Source: Candidatus Hecatella orcuttiae | GTDB taxonomy: Archaea; Thermoproteota; Bathyarchaeia; Hecatellales; Hecatellaceae | Direction: 5' to 3' | Assembly (NCBI GenBank): GCA_002011035.2 | Contig: MTLY02000002.1 | Location: forward strand, 224,001-288,000 | DNA length: 64,000 nt | Shown: positions 10,569-20,228 of the stretch, piece after piece | Layout: each line of letters opens with the position of its first letter | Numbering within the stretch: the stretch's first letter is position 1 | Translations under genes and position numbers: made by a program | The notes under the pieces: generated by a model | Database searches by the model: none | What the model was told of the DNA's origin: nothing | The model's input: only the letters and a program-made list of their open reading frames with translations

Positions 10569-11213
10569 TTACAGCTTCCCGAGGTGAAGCTGTTTGAGAG
10601 TTTCTAAACCTGCAGCCTTAGCGCCCAGTTCAGCAGCCTTCTCCCTATCGGCGCTCCCGATGATGATGACGTCACCTTCCTTGGGGTGAAGACCATCCTC
10701 CAACCTTCGGCGGATTTCAGGGAAACCCTCCAAACAGTTTTCTTCCCCACCCCCAGGCATGATGTAGACGCCCTTCCGGTAGATGAGAGTTGTCGCCCCT
10801 AAGGCTCCAGCTTTCAAAGCGGCATCCCGCTGCTCGAGGCCGTACCTCACGGCCCCCGCCGCCTTTTTCACCAAAACACCCGCATTATATTTTCCGAGAA
10901 AGAGGGGGCTCTTGGGCACCTCCACCGGGCCGGCTGTCCAAGTTTTGATGAAATCGTAAAGTTCTTTCCCCCGGTCAGTAAGGCTGTTTCCTCTTCGAGT
11001 TCTTTTGATGAGGCCCAGGTTTTTCATATGCCTTAGGAGGGTTCGAACGGCTCCTTCCCCGATTTTAAGCTCCCCGGCCAGTCGGATCCGTCCCACAGTT
11101 TTTTCGTCCCCAATAAGCTCTAGAGCTTTCATGACGTGAGCCTCGAGGAAGGTTAACCCCGGCCCGGGCGCAGCCTTCTCCATGATTTTAGCCAGCATCC
11201 TGAGAGGGTGCAA
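10569..11213 (-). CDS. wHTH transcription regulator with DUF4443-like C-terminal domain
   Basis: VGRIRLAGELKIGEGAVRTLLRHM HTH; GLEQRDAALKAGALGATTL. Confidence 0.75.
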   Translation of the reverse strand: MHPLRMLAKIMEKAAPGPGLTFLEAHVMKALELIGDEKTVGRIRLAGELKIGEGAVRTLLRHMKNLGLIKRTRRGNSLTDRGKELYDFIKTWTAGPVEVPKSPLFLGKYNAGVLVKKAAGAVRYGLEQRDAALKAGALGATTLIYRKGVYIMPGGGEENCLEGFPEIRRRLEDGLHPKEGDVIIIGSADREKAAELGAKAAGLETLKQLHLGKL

Positions 11214-11271
11214 TTTGAAGGCCCACTAGTACAATCGCCCAAGACGGTTATAAAACTATCAGCCTAGGCTG

Positions 11272-13935
11272 TCAGTCGCCCTTTTGAGGGCTGAGACTTA
11301 CCTTTTCCTCCTTCAGCTTAGCCTGAGCAGCTGCCAGCCGGGCTACTGGCACCCTGAAGGGAGAACAACTCACGTAGTCGAGGCCTAGGCTGTGGCAGAA
11401 TTCGATGGAGCTGGGTTCCCCGCCGTGTTCTCCGCATATGCCGACTTTAAGGTCTTTCCTCGTACTCTTACCTAGCTCCACGGCTATCTTCATGAGCTTC
11501 CCCACCCCTTGGCGGTCTAGGACCTCGAAGGGGTTAACCTCCAGAATCTTCCGATCCAAGTATTCATGGATGAACTTGGCCTCAGCGTCATCGCGGCTGA
11601 AGCCGAAGGTCGTCTGAGTTAGGTCGTTGGTTCCGAAGGAGAAAAACTCCGCGTGCTTGGCGATCTCGTCAGCAGTGAGGGCCGCCCGGGGCACCTCCAC
11701 CATGGTTCCAATGGAATAGTTCACCTTGATGCCTCTCTGCTCCATGACCTCCTGGGCCTTCTGCTCTACCAGACGGCGGAGCTGGGCTATTTCCTCCGCT
11801 ATTCCGACCAAGGGAAGCATGATTTCTAGGTCAACTGTCACACCTTCTTTGGCCAGCTCCGTAGCCGCTTCGAAGATAGCCCGAGTTTGCATTTCGTAGA
11901 TTTCCGGGTACCTGATGCTCAGCCGGCATCCCCTATGCCCCAGCATGGGGTTATGCTCCGCCAATTCTTGGGCTTTCTTCAAGATTTTCTCCTTAACCTT
12001 CAAGGCTTCAAGGTCCTTACCTGTCAGCCTTAGGGTGGCGACTTCCTCGATGAGTTCGTCGATCCGGGGGAGAAACTCGTGGAGAGGCAAGTCCAGAAGC
12101 CTTATGGTGACGGGAAGTCCTTTCATTTCCCTGAAAATCTGCTTAAAGTCCTCTTTCTGCATGGGCATAAGCTTCTCCAAGGCTCTTTTCCGGTCCTCAT
12201 CCGTAGGGGAGAGAATCATCTCCTGAACGATGGGCAGCCGGTCTTGAGCATTGAACATTCTCTCCGTCCGGCATAAGCCGATGCCTTCCGCCCCGAAAGA
12301 CCTCGCCTTAGCCGCGGCGACGGGAGTGTCCGCGTTAGCTCTGACCTTCAAAGTCCGAGCCTCGTCAGCCCAAGCCAAAAGTTGGCCTAGCTCTTTGCCG
12401 ATTTCCGGCTCAACCATGGGCGCTTTTCCCAAGATCACCGAGCCTGAGGCCCCGTCGATGGTGATGATGTCGTCCTTGTTTACCTCCACGTCTCCTGCGT
12501 AGAATTTTTCCTTTTGGAGGTCGATTTTTATCTCCTCGCATCCCACTACGGCAGGCTTACCCATCCCTCTGGCTACGACGGCAGCGTGGCAAGTCATGCC
12601 TCCTCGGCTTGTGAGAACTCCCTTAGCGGCCACCATGCCGTGGATGTCTTCCGGGGTGGTTTCAGGCCTTACAAGGATTACGGCTTCCCCTTGGCTGCCT
12701 CTTCTGTCGGCTTCATCCACATCGAAGACAACCCTGCCCACAGCGGCCCCTGGGGAGGCGGGGAGGCCTTTGGCTATGGGCTTAACATCAGCCTTAGGGT
12801 CGATGTGGGAGTGGAGAAGCTGAACCAGTTGGTTAGGCTGAACCCTCAAGAGGGCTTCCTGAATGTCTATCAGCCCTTCCTGAACCATGCTTACGGCGAT
12901 GGTGAGAGCCGCTTGAGCCGTTCGCTTACCTGCCCTAGTCTGAAGCATGTAGAGTTTACCTTTCTCCACGGTGAACTCCATGTCCTGCATGTCTTTGTAG
13001 TGTCTTTCAACCCGCTCGCAGATCTGAGCCAGCTGCTCGTAGAGAGCAGGAGCCTCTTCCTTGAGGCTTTCCACAGGTTTAGGGGTCCGTATGCCCGCTA
13101 CTACATCTTCACCTTGAGCGAAACTCAGATACTCACCGTAGAGCTTCTTCTCCCCTGTGGAGGGGTTTCTAGTGAAGACAACTCCTGTCCCGGAGTCAGG
13201 GCTTAGGTTTCCAAAGACCATGGTCTGAACGTTTACAGCCGTGTAGAGGTCGTCGGGAATCTGGTTAACCCTCCGATAGACGATGGCTCGAGGGGTATAC
13301 CAAGACTTGAACACGGCTGTGACGGCCATGAAAATTTGCTCCCAAGGGTCTTGGGGGAAGTCCCGGCCTGTCTCCTCCTTTATGAGTCTTTTGTATTCTT
13401 CCACGACCTCAGCTAGGGCTTCAGCGTCCAGTTCTAAGTCTAGTTTAACGCCTCTCTTCTCCTTAGCTGAGTTGAAAATCTTCTCAAACTTCTCCCCGTT
13501 GATCCCGAGGACAATCCTCCCGAACATTTGGAGGAGTCTGCGGTAGCAGTCCAAGGCGAACCTCCGGCTTCCACTCAGTCTTTCCAAACCCTCCACGGTG
13601 CGGTCGTTAAGGCCTATGTTCAACACCGTGTCCATCATGCCCGGCATGGAAATAGGGGCTCCTGAGCGGACTGAGAGAAGAAGAGGATTAGAAGGGTCGC
13701 CTAACTTTTTCCCTGTCTTAGCTTCTATGGTTCGGAGTTTTTCTCGAAGTTCATCCTCTAATCCCGGGGGAAATTTTTGCCCATGGGTGAAAAACTCTCT
13801 GCAGGCTTCTGTGGTGACGGTTAAACCTGGGGGGACAGGGAGGCCCAGCTGAGTCATCTCCGCTAGGTCTGCGCCTTTACCTCCCAAGATTTTTCTCAGA
13901 TGTTTTCCTCCTTCTTCGAAAAGGTAAACCCACAT
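11272..13935 (-). CDS. ppdK: Pyruvate, phosphate dikinase
   Basis: LGGKGA, SVRSGA, GGMTCHAAVVARG phospho-His, GIGLCRTE, FSFGTNDLTQ, ICGEHGG. Confidence 0.97.
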   Translation of the reverse strand: MWVYLFEEGGKHLRKILGGKGADLAEMTQLGLPVPPGLTVTTEACREFFTHGQKFPPGLEDELREKLRTIEAKTGKKLGDPSNPLLLSVRSGAPISMPGMMDTVLNIGLNDRTVEGLERLSGSRRFALDCYRRLLQMFGRIVLGINGEKFEKIFNSAKEKRGVKLDLELDAEALAEVVEEYKRLIKEETGRDFPQDPWEQIFMAVTAVFKSWYTPRAIVYRRVNQIPDDLYTAVNVQTMVFGNLSPDSGTGVVFTRNPSTGEKKLYGEYLSFAQGEDVVAGIRTPKPVESLKEEAPALYEQLAQICERVERHYKDMQDMEFTVEKGKLYMLQTRAGKRTAQAALTIAVSMVQEGLIDIQEALLRVQPNQLVQLLHSHIDPKADVKPIAKGLPASPGAAVGRVVFDVDEADRRGSQGEAVILVRPETTPEDIHGMVAAKGVLTSRGGMTCHAAVVARGMGKPAVVGCEEIKIDLQKEKFYAGDVEVNKDDIITIDGASGSVILGKAPMVEPEIGKELGQLLAWADEARTLKVRANADTPVAAAKARSFGAEGIGLCRTERMFNAQDRLPIVQEMILSPTDEDRKRALEKLMPMQKEDFKQIFREMKGLPVTIRLLDLPLHEFLPRIDELIEEVATLRLTGKDLEALKVKEKILKKAQELAEHNPMLGHRGCRLSIRYPEIYEMQTRAIFEAATELAKEGVTVDLEIMLPLVGIAEEIAQLRRLVEQKAQEVMEQRGIKVNYSIGTMVEVPRAALTADEIAKHAEFFSFGTNDLTQTTFGFSRDDAEAKFIHEYLDRKILEVNPFEVLDRQGVGKLMKIAVELGKSTRKDLKVGICGEHGGEPSSIEFCHSLGLDYVSCSPFRVPVARLAAAQAKLKEEKVSLSPQKGD

Positions 13936-14072
13936 CTAGACCACCACGGTTAAGGCGACTATAACTACAAAACTCATGTAGGTTATATACATTTCTTACC
14001 TTCGAACAGCCTACGAAGCTGGAGCCCATTGCTTTTATACCGCCAACATCCAAGACAGTTACGGGAAGGCAG

Positions 14073-14594
14073 ATGGAAGTCTTAGAAGCCATCCGAACTA
14101 GGAGAAGCATTCGAAGCTACAAAAAAGAAGAAGTGAAAGATGAAGATCTGAACAGGCTCTTGGAAGCAGGCCGCTGGGCGCCTTCAGCCGGCAACGTTCA
14201 ACCTTGGGAGTTCATCGTTGTCAAGAGGGGAGAAGCTAAGGCCAAACTGGCTCAAGCCGCCCTAAACCAGAGGTTCATAGCCGAAGCTCCCGTGGTCATT
14301 GTAGTTTGCGCCGACTTGCAGAGGGCTTCGTGGGCCTATGGGGAACGAGGGGAGACTCTCTATTGCCTTCAAGACACAGCTGCTGCTGTCCAAAACATGC
14401 TACTCGCTGCTCATGCCCTAGGTTTGGGAACATGCTGGGTGGGAGCCTTCCACGAAGAAGCCGTGAGACGCTCGCTAGACATCCCCCCACGGGTCAGACC
14501 TGTAGCTCTTCTACCCATCGGCAAGCCCGCGGGGAGACCTCCTTCCATGTCTAAAAGGCCCTTGGGCGAGATCCTTCATTTCGAAAGATTCTAA
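14073..14594 (+). CDS. Nitroreductase family protein
   Basis: TRRSIRSY, APSAGNVQPWEF, QNMLLAAHALGLGTCWVG. Confidence 0.92.
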   Translation: MEVLEAIRTRRSIRSYKKEEVKDEDLNRLLEAGRWAPSAGNVQPWEFIVVKRGEAKAKLAQAALNQRFIAEAPVVIVVCADLQRASWAYGERGETLYCLQDTAAAVQNMLLAAHALGLGTCWVGAFHEEAVRRSLDIPPRVRPVALLPIGKPAGRPPSMSKRPLGEILHFERF

Positions 14595-14641
14595 AGAGAC
14601 TCTTCAACCATTAAAAGCAGAGTTCCCGGAGCCCGAAAGAC

Positions 14642-16417
14642 TTGGGCAAAGAAGACATGAACTATTCCCTCCTCGTGGAGATGTATGAGAGAATAGAGGC
14701 GACGACCAAACGCTTAGAGATCACCGACTACCTAGTAGATCTTTTCAAGAAGACACCGAAGAAGCTCATCGACAAAGTCGTATATATGACCCAAGGAAAG
14801 CTTCACCCCGATTATATGGGGATAGAGCTGGGAATAGCGGAAAAACTGGCCATCAAAGCCATCTCCCTCTCCTCCGGAGCTGGAGAAGTCGAAGTGGACA
14901 AGGCGCTGAAAAAAATAGGGGACATTGGGGAGGCGGCTGCGAAATTTCTGGGAAAAAAAACTCAGGTTACTCTCTTCCACGAGCCCCTCACCGTTAGCAG
15001 GGTGTATGAAACTATGGACAGGATAGCCTTGTCCACAGGGGAAGGTGCCCAAGAAGCCAAGATCAAGCTTTTGGCCAGCCTCCTTTCCGACGCTGAGCCT
15101 GAAGAAGCCAAGTACATCGTCAGAACGGTGACCGGGAAGCTTCGGCTTGGGGTAGCGGACATGACTATTCTAGACGCCTTGGCTGTTGCTTTCTGCGGCT
15201 CCAAAGAAAACAGACCTCCATTGGAAAGGGCCTACAACCTCTCCTCAGACCTAGGAGGCCTAGCCGCGGCGGTGGCGGAGAGGGGTTTGGAGGGCGTCAA
15301 AAAATTTAAAATAACCGTAGGGAAACCCATCAGGCCCATGTTGGCTGAACGGCTGGCATCCCCTCAGGAAATCCTTGAAAAGATGGGAGGCCGGTGTGCC
15401 GTAGAATACAAGTACGATGGAGAGCGACTTCAGATTCACAAGGAGAAAGACAAAGCCACAATTTTTTCCAGGAGGCTGGAGAACATCACCCACCATTACC
15501 CGGATGCTTGCCAGCTGGTAGTGAACCATGTTCAAGCCTCAGCGGCCATCGTGGAATGTGAAGCCGTGGCTATAAACCCTGACACAGGGGAAATGATGCC
15601 CTTCCAAGAGCTGATGCATAGAAGGCGGAAATATGGCATCCAAGAGGCGATGAAGCTTTATCCTGTTTCCCTTTTCCTCTTCGACCTCCTTTATGCGGAC
15701 GGGGAAGACCTCACCCTTAAACCCTATCCTGAAAGACGGAGGGTTCTGGAGAGCTTGGTGGAGGAGGGGGAGAGCATCAAGCTTGCCAAAGCTTTGGTCG
15801 TTGACAACGCGGAGGCCTTGGAGAAGTTTTTCGAGGAAGCCGTCGCGGAGGGATGCGAAGGCATCTTAGCTAAAGCCGTCTATCCTGAGTCCGTCTACCG
15901 GGCTGGAGCTAGGGAGTGGCTTTGGATAAAATATAAACGGGACTACCAGGCTCTTTTAACAGATACCGTGGACTTGGTGGTCGTCGGAGCCTTCCACGGC
16001 CGAGGGCGGAGGGCTGGAACCTACGGCGCTCTGCTCCTCGCAGCATACAATGAAAAGGAGGACGTCTTCCCCACTGTGTGCAAGATCGGCTCAGGCTTCA
16101 CCGACGAGGACTTGGAGAAACTTCCCAGGATGCTGAAAGACTATATCATACCTCACAAGCATGCTAGGGTTGTAACTCAGATGAAGGCGGATGTCTGGTT
16201 TACCCCCAGCCTAGTCCTCGAAGTTTTAGGAGCTGAAATAACCCTGAGCCCTGTTCACCCTTGCGGGATAAACCGTATAAGAAAAGGAAGCGGCTTGGCC
16301 ATTAGGTTTCCTAGATTTACAGGCCGATACCGGGAGGACAAAAGCCCGGAAGACGCCACCACTGAGGATGAGATCGTCGAGCTTTACCTTAAACGGCTGA
16401 AGAAGGTTGAAGCATGA
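14642..16417 (+). CDS. lig: ATP-dependent DNA ligase
   Basis: EYKYDGER motif I, EGILAK, WIKYKRDY, IRFPRF. Confidence 0.97.
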   Translation: MGKEDMNYSLLVEMYERIEATTKRLEITDYLVDLFKKTPKKLIDKVVYMTQGKLHPDYMGIELGIAEKLAIKAISLSSGAGEVEVDKALKKIGDIGEAAAKFLGKKTQVTLFHEPLTVSRVYETMDRIALSTGEGAQEAKIKLLASLLSDAEPEEAKYIVRTVTGKLRLGVADMTILDALAVAFCGSKENRPPLERAYNLSSDLGGLAAAVAERGLEGVKKFKITVGKPIRPMLAERLASPQEILEKMGGRCAVEYKYDGERLQIHKEKDKATIFSRRLENITHHYPDACQLVVNHVQASAAIVECEAVAINPDTGEMMPFQELMHRRRKYGIQEAMKLYPVSLFLFDLLYADGEDLTLKPYPERRRVLESLVEEGESIKLAKALVVDNAEALEKFFEEAVAEGCEGILAKAVYPESVYRAGAREWLWIKYKRDYQALLTDTVDLVVVGAFHGRGRRAGTYGALLLAAYNEKEDVFPTVCKIGSGFTDEDLEKLPRMLKDYIIPHKHARVVTQMKADVWFTPSLVLEVLGAEITLSPVHPCGINRIRKGSGLAIRFPRFTGRYREDKSPEDATTEDEIVELYLKRLKKVEA

Positions 16418-16478
16418 AGCTTGGCGAAATGAAAAGTCAGCGAGCTGCGTTTCTTCAACCTTCCTGTTGACGTAAGCG

Positions 16479-17921
16479 GTGGAAACGGTGTCCAGAAACA
16501 TACCTTCCTACTTGGCTTACATCATTCTCGCAATAGGCTTAACTTTGTTCATTCCAGCTCTTTTAGGTCTTTTTTACGGGGAATTTCGCGAAAGCATGGT
16601 CTTCACCACCATAGCAGGGTTATCATGCACCGCAAGTTTGCTAACACTGTGGAGGACTACTCCTGGAGAAATTTCATACCTAGAAGCTATGGTGATAGCG
16701 GCTCTGGGGTGGTTACTGGTTTCGTTTTTAGGCGCCATTCCCTTCATACTAATAGCCCAGATGACGCCTTTAGATGCTTATTTTGAGGCTATGTCCGGCT
16801 TCACCACCACGGGAATGACCTTGCTAGACGTGGAACATATTCCTTTCAGCCTACTTTTCTGGCGGGCCCTCACCCAGTGGATCGGAGGCGTGGGTATCGT
16901 CCTCCTTTTCATTCTCTTCGCTTCCCCTGCGGGAATCGGCATTTGGAGGCTTTATAGAGCGGAAGCACGAGAGGAACGGTTGGCGGCTAAGGCTAGGGAC
17001 ACCGTGAAGATGATATGGGTAACCTACGTCGGCTACACGGCGGCATGCGCCCTTCTCCTGTGGATAGTGGGGTTTAGTCCTTTCGACGCTCTTACTCATT
17101 CTTTTACAACTTTATCCACGGGCGGTTTCTCGACCCGTAACCTGAGCATCGGGGCCTTTGGCAACCCCTTTGCGGAAGTCATAATAATGATCTTCATGTT
17201 TTTGGGAGGAACAAGCTTCCTCACCCACATGAGAGTCTTTACTAAGACTCCCAAAGCCTTCTTCAGAAGCATTGAGGTTCAAATCTGCTTACTCATCATC
17301 GCCGTCTCCACCTTCCTTGTCACAGCCGACTTGCTCACCCATCAAGTATACCAAGGAATTGAGACCCTCAGAGCCGCTGCTTTTCAGGTGACATCCATCT
17401 TAACGACCACGGGATACACCACGGTGGACATAAACAGTTTTCCAAACCTCTCCAAAAGCATCTTCACTGTTTTGATGACAATAGGTGGAGGGGTAGGCTC
17501 TACCGGGGGAGCTATGAAAATTCTCAGAATCGTCATCTTATTCAAGCTTGTAGCCTACACTATAACAAAAGCCATTCTTCCCCCGGGAACCGTTAGACCC
17601 ATGAAGCTGGGCGGACATGCGCTTCGGGAGGAGGAAATCCTCAGAGTAGCCGGCTTCTTCGCCGCCTACATTTTTCTTCTCACAGTCCAATCTCTAATTC
17701 TGGCGTTTTCTGGCTACGATATCGTAGGTTCTGTATCTGCAGCCTTCTCAGCTCAAGGAAACATAGGTCCAAGCTTTCTATCCATCAGCAGCAACATGCC
17801 AGTCCTACCCAAGCTCACCCTTATTTTCGGCATGTGGGCTGGCCGGCTGGAAATTCTCCCTATATTAATTCTACTTTCCCCGGCCACTTGGCGGGAGTTC
17901 TCAAGACTTGGAGAAAGGTAA
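16479..17921 (+). CDS. trkH: Trk potassium uptake membrane protein
   Basis: FEAMSGFTTTG, TLSTGGFS, TTTGY, GSTGG, GNIGP pore loops. Confidence 0.93.
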   Translation: METVSRNIPSYLAYIILAIGLTLFIPALLGLFYGEFRESMVFTTIAGLSCTASLLTLWRTTPGEISYLEAMVIAALGWLLVSFLGAIPFILIAQMTPLDAYFEAMSGFTTTGMTLLDVEHIPFSLLFWRALTQWIGGVGIVLLFILFASPAGIGIWRLYRAEAREERLAAKARDTVKMIWVTYVGYTAACALLLWIVGFSPFDALTHSFTTLSTGGFSTRNLSIGAFGNPFAEVIIMIFMFLGGTSFLTHMRVFTKTPKAFFRSIEVQICLLIIAVSTFLVTADLLTHQVYQGIETLRAAAFQVTSILTTTGYTTVDINSFPNLSKSIFTVLMTIGGGVGSTGGAMKILRIVILFKLVAYTITKAILPPGTVRPMKLGGHALREEEILRVAGFFAAYIFLLTVQSLILAFSGYDIVGSVSAAFSAQGNIGPSFLSISSNMPVLPKLTLIFGMWAGRLEILPILILLSPATWREFSRLGER

Positions 17922-17925
17922 CAAC

Positions 17926-18606
17926 CTAATGGGTTTCTAGTTTTCCAGTGAACATTTCCACTATTTTTTTGATGCCGTCAAGTTTGTTGGCATGGATGAG
18001 AACTTCGTCGTCAGGCTGTATGGAAAGGTCTTTACTGAGAGGAGACAGCTTGCCTTTCCGGAAGATTCCTAGAATAGTGTAACCATTGGGGAGGTGAAGT
18101 TCGCTTGCCGGCTTGTTAACTACTTTTGAATTTTTTTCAACCTTTAAAGTGAAGATTTCAGCTTCTTTATCCCCTAAGAGGAGGAAATCTCTAATTCTGA
18201 ATAGGGACTGATAAAGGTGCTCAGCCACGATCTCGTCCGGGGTGATCGTTGTTCCGATTTTGCTGAAAAGCTGAATGTGCTCGGGATCTCTGACAACCGA
18301 TATGAGGTGGGGGATTTTGAACTCCTTACCCAGAGAGCCCACCATTAAGTTCACTGAATCATCCCCGGTGGCTACAACCAGCGCGTCTGCCTTATCGGCT
18401 CCTGCGTTGTCAAGGTTCTCCTTGTCTCCAGCATCTCCGCAGATTACCAAGGCGTCGACTTCAGAGGCGAAAGTGTTGCATCTGTCTTCATTTTTGTCGA
18501 TAATAGCCACGGTGTGCCCCCGGTTTATGAGGGTTCGGGCGAGACTTTCTCCGACTCCGCTCAGTCCTACGATTATCACGTACAAAGGAAAATCTTCCCC
18601 ATCCAT
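17926..18606 (-). CDS. trkA: Trk regulatory NAD-binding subunit (RCK-N + RCK-C)
   Basis: IIVGLSGVG Rossmann fold, GDA, ATGDDSVN, C-terminal RCK-C. Confidence 0.9.
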   Translation of the reverse strand: MDGEDFPLYVIIVGLSGVGESLARTLINRGHTVAIIDKNEDRCNTFASEVDALVICGDAGDKENLDNAGADKADALVVATGDDSVNLMVGSLGKEFKIPHLISVVRDPEHIQLFSKIGTTITPDEIVAEHLYQSLFRIRDFLLLGDKEAEIFTLKVEKNSKVVNKPASELHLPNGYTILGIFRKGKLSPLSKDLSIQPDDEVLIHANKLDGIKKIVEMFTGKLETH

Positions 18607-18829
18607 CCCCTTGTATGCTGAACTACACGCAAGGTGGGGAGTATGAAAACTAGGTCTGAAATATTTGGAAGAGGACCTGGGAATCCTTCTTTCAGAGACA
18701 GGGTCACCTTATGTCAATGGGGATTTCTATCCCTTAGGTATAAAAAGATTGAGGTAGACGCCTCCTTATACGGCTTTCGCCTGCACTTTTACAACTTTCA
18801 AATTCAAGTTAATGTGGAAGTTTTCTCTC

Positions 18830-20104
18830 TTAAGAGGCTATTCTCCTCAATACTCCTATTATAATGACTCCTACACCTAAGATAACCCAGAACGGAAGAA
18901 TTTTCATGAAATACTCACTTTCTGATGTCGATTCCCCCAGATCTTCCACAGAAATAGAGGTGTCTACCGGTTTTGATGCTGGCGTAGGCGTGGGGGTGGG
19001 GGTAGGAGTGGGAGTAGGAGTGGGGGTTATTTCAGGCGGAGATTTAGAAGCGGGAGTGGGAGTAGGAGTGGGTATGGGCGTAGGGGTAGGAGTGGGAGTA
19101 GACGAAGAGATGTCTTCCAGACTTGCTGTTTTCGAAGCCAGTTTTTTGCCTGTAATGGCGAAGACGGATAGCCCTGGGGTTTCAGCCTCAAAATATGTAT
19201 TGTCAACATCTTCACCAATCTTAGTCGTGGGCATGATGTTCCACCTATCCTCAGAGTATCTTTGTAGCGAAATTGTCAACTCGTCGATATTGCTTTCCAC
19301 AATCCATCGATTCTCCACTTTAAAGGAAATCTTCACCGCCAAGATGTCCGCATCCTCCAAGTTGAATTTTTCAATCACTATGTAAGCATATGCTTCCCCG
19401 GTAGCAACCTCTTCAACAGAGGCAGGGACAGACTCGACTCTTGTTAAGAAAATTTTCACATCGTCAACGTCGGTTTTAGCTTTGATCTTCAACTCTATGA
19501 TAGGTAATCCTCCAGCTTCCTCAAGGGTAACGTTCACCCATCGCCCTTCTTGGAGGGAGGGTATTGTGAGAGCAACTCCTCTGGGTATAGTAGAAATTGT
19601 TAGGGCTGCCTCACCGTTGGAAAAAGCATAGGTGGGAGATTGGAAAAGCCAATCTGACGGCGAGTCTGTATCTTCTCCATTGGGAAACCTCTGCCAGCTT
19701 CGAAAGTCGTCAAAGAGGTCGCTCAAGATAGGCGTTCTGTCTACCTCGTTTCCAAAGCTGTCGCTCAGGATGAGAGATTCTTCTTCATCGCTTAGCCACT
19801 GAGAGGATAAACGGATAATGTAATAGGAGCCGGCGGGTATCACGGTGTTTGGTCCTATTATGTAGCTTGTTACTCTTCCATGAGTAGTAGTGATAGTCCA
19901 GCCGCTTATGTCCACTTCCTTATCCGAAGGATTGTACAGTTCAATCCATTCTTTCCCCACATCCGCTCCCGGAGGGTTCTGTTCAAACTCGTTGATTACG
20001 ATAGGATAGGCGGGAGCGGAGGTTAATGGAGGATAAACAGCAAGATAACTAATGAAAAGCAGGGATAGCAAGACCGATGCGTTTAAAAAAATTGTTTTGC
20101 TCAC
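18830..20104 (-). CDS. Secreted cell-surface protein: lamin-tail domain + PGF-pre-PGF domain + Pro/Thr linker + C-terminal TM anchor
   Basis: N-terminal signal; IVINEFEQNP...EWIELYNPSDKEVDISGW (LTD); YFEAETPGLSVFAITG (PGF-pre-PGF); PT repeats; hydrophobic tail followed by RR. Confidence 0.75.
   Translation of the reverse strand: MSKTIFLNASVLLSLLFISYLAVYPPLTSAPAYPIVINEFEQNPPGADVGKEWIELYNPSDKEVDISGWTITTTHGRVTSYIIGPNTVIPAGSYYIIRLSSQWLSDEEESLILSDSFGNEVDRTPILSDLFDDFRSWQRFPNGEDTDSPSDWLFQSPTYAFSNGEAALTISTIPRGVALTIPSLQEGRWVNVTLEEAGGLPIIELKIKAKTDVDDVKIFLTRVESVPASVEEVATGEAYAYIVIEKFNLEDADILAVKISFKVENRWIVESNIDELTISLQRYSEDRWNIMPTTKIGEDVDNTYFEAETPGLSVFAITGKKLASKTASLEDISSSTPTPTPTPIPTPTPTPASKSPPEITPTPTPTPTPTPTPTPASKPVDTSISVEDLGESTSESEYFMKILPFWVILGVGVIIIGVLRRIAS
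18978..19100 (-). repeat. Two low-complexity hexamer tracts encoding (Pro-Thr)n linkers
   Basis: GGNGTN-type hexamer runs (ggggtg/ggagta/ggagtg) inside the 18830-20104 CDS. Confidence 0.85.
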
Positions 20105-20228
20105 TGATCTCTAATAGACTCATCGTTGAGAGAACATAAAAACGTAGTGCTTGTTTTTCCTTGTAAGGGGAAAATAGGCGCCCAGAAGCCGGCTATATGC
20201 CCCCTTTTACGGCAAGCTAGAGGGGATA

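Noticed and set aside
12514-13206. Long antisense ORFs (e.g. 12514-13206, 28069-28863, 44101-44715, 18864-19385)
   Set aside because: Shadows of well-supported genes on the opposite strand with no recognisable motifs
18978-19100. Tandem repeats as a possible CRISPR array or non-coding VNTR
   Set aside because: Degenerate hexamers in frame within a CDS, encoding Pro-Thr linkers; no spacers and no cas genes
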